Source of the DNA: Schmidtea polychroa
Taxonomy: Eukaryota
Length of the DNA: 64,000 nucleotides
Direction of reading: 5' to 3'
Assembly: GCA_044892525.1 (NCBI GenBank)
Contig: CM097885.1
Span: 20,338,001 to 20,402,000, forward strand
The position numbers and the translations under genes are program-made. Of the stretch, positions 63,470 through 64,000 are shown one piece after another. The stretch's first letter is position 1. Each line of letters begins with the position of its first letter. The notes under the pieces were generated by a model. That model worked only from the letters and a program-made list of their open reading frames with translations. It was not told where the DNA came from and did not search any database.

Positions 63470-63985
63470 TTAATTGAACACAACAATCAATACATACAAT
63501 ACATAAAAAAAATATTTAAAAACATTTAAAATACAAGTATTCACTGCATTTTGCACATTAATATTTGGATTCAATGACTTTATCAACGCCTCACAAATCA
63601 CAAGTTCCCAATAATTATCGAAAATTTTTAATAAAATTTTAAAATCAGACATACCTATTTTAATCTTACAGCCCTTATTGAGCTCATTAATATGGGTCAA
63701 AGCCTTCGGTCTACAATGTTCTCGAGCTCGAATACATTGATGACAGGAAGTCTCTCCAATGTATGTGGCATTACACCAATTACATGTAAACTGATAAACG
63801 AGATCGGAACACAATTCGACCGGAGTTTTTGACTTATTTATAAACATATTGCGTACTTTCCATGAAGTTGACATTATCCTATAGTTTAAATTTTCTAACT
63901 GCTTTTTTATCTTCACTTTATAATCACTAAAACCTTCTGAGTACGGCAATACTAACACAAATTTAGGTTCATCATCCTTGTTCAC
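63470..63985 (-). pseudogene. Penelope retroelement 3' part (GIY-YIG endonuclease)
   Basis: VYQFTCNWCNATYIGET…R..EH…EALIKSLNPNIN; hammerhead motif downstream. Confidence 0.88.
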
Positions 63986-64000
63986 ACTATTTAATTTATT

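Overview
Very AT-rich animal genomic DNA, dense in transposons; a flatworm such as a planarian is plausible, but that is inference only. Three large structures explain most of the window. (1) A near-perfect 20,079-bp tandem duplication: 1-15640 matches 20080-35719. Its junction fuses a broken hAT transposon to the last exons of a Rho-kinase (ROCK)-like gene. (2) A 15.2-kb Polinton/Maverick (adintovirus-like endogenous virus) at 36238-51423, with ~333-bp TIRs and a 6-bp TSD (ATTTAG). It is inserted in the transposase of a Buster-type hAT element (35126-52771, TSD CTTTAGGC). It encodes a major capsid protein, a PLA2-integrase fusion, a packaging ATPase, pX-like and core proteins, an adenain protease, a penton, a fibre-like protein, a gasderminX-like protein, a protein-primed PolB and a stand-alone duplicate of the PolB C-terminus. 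(3) Further hAT, Tc1, piggyBac and Penelope relics, two hammerhead-ribozyme motifs and satellites. The most interesting unexplained signal is three co-oriented tRNA-derived Pol III units (A box, B box, T-run) inside the virus just upstream of the capsid gene, reminiscent of adenovirus VA RNAs. Also notable: each viral TIR contains an inverted copy of its own terminus.
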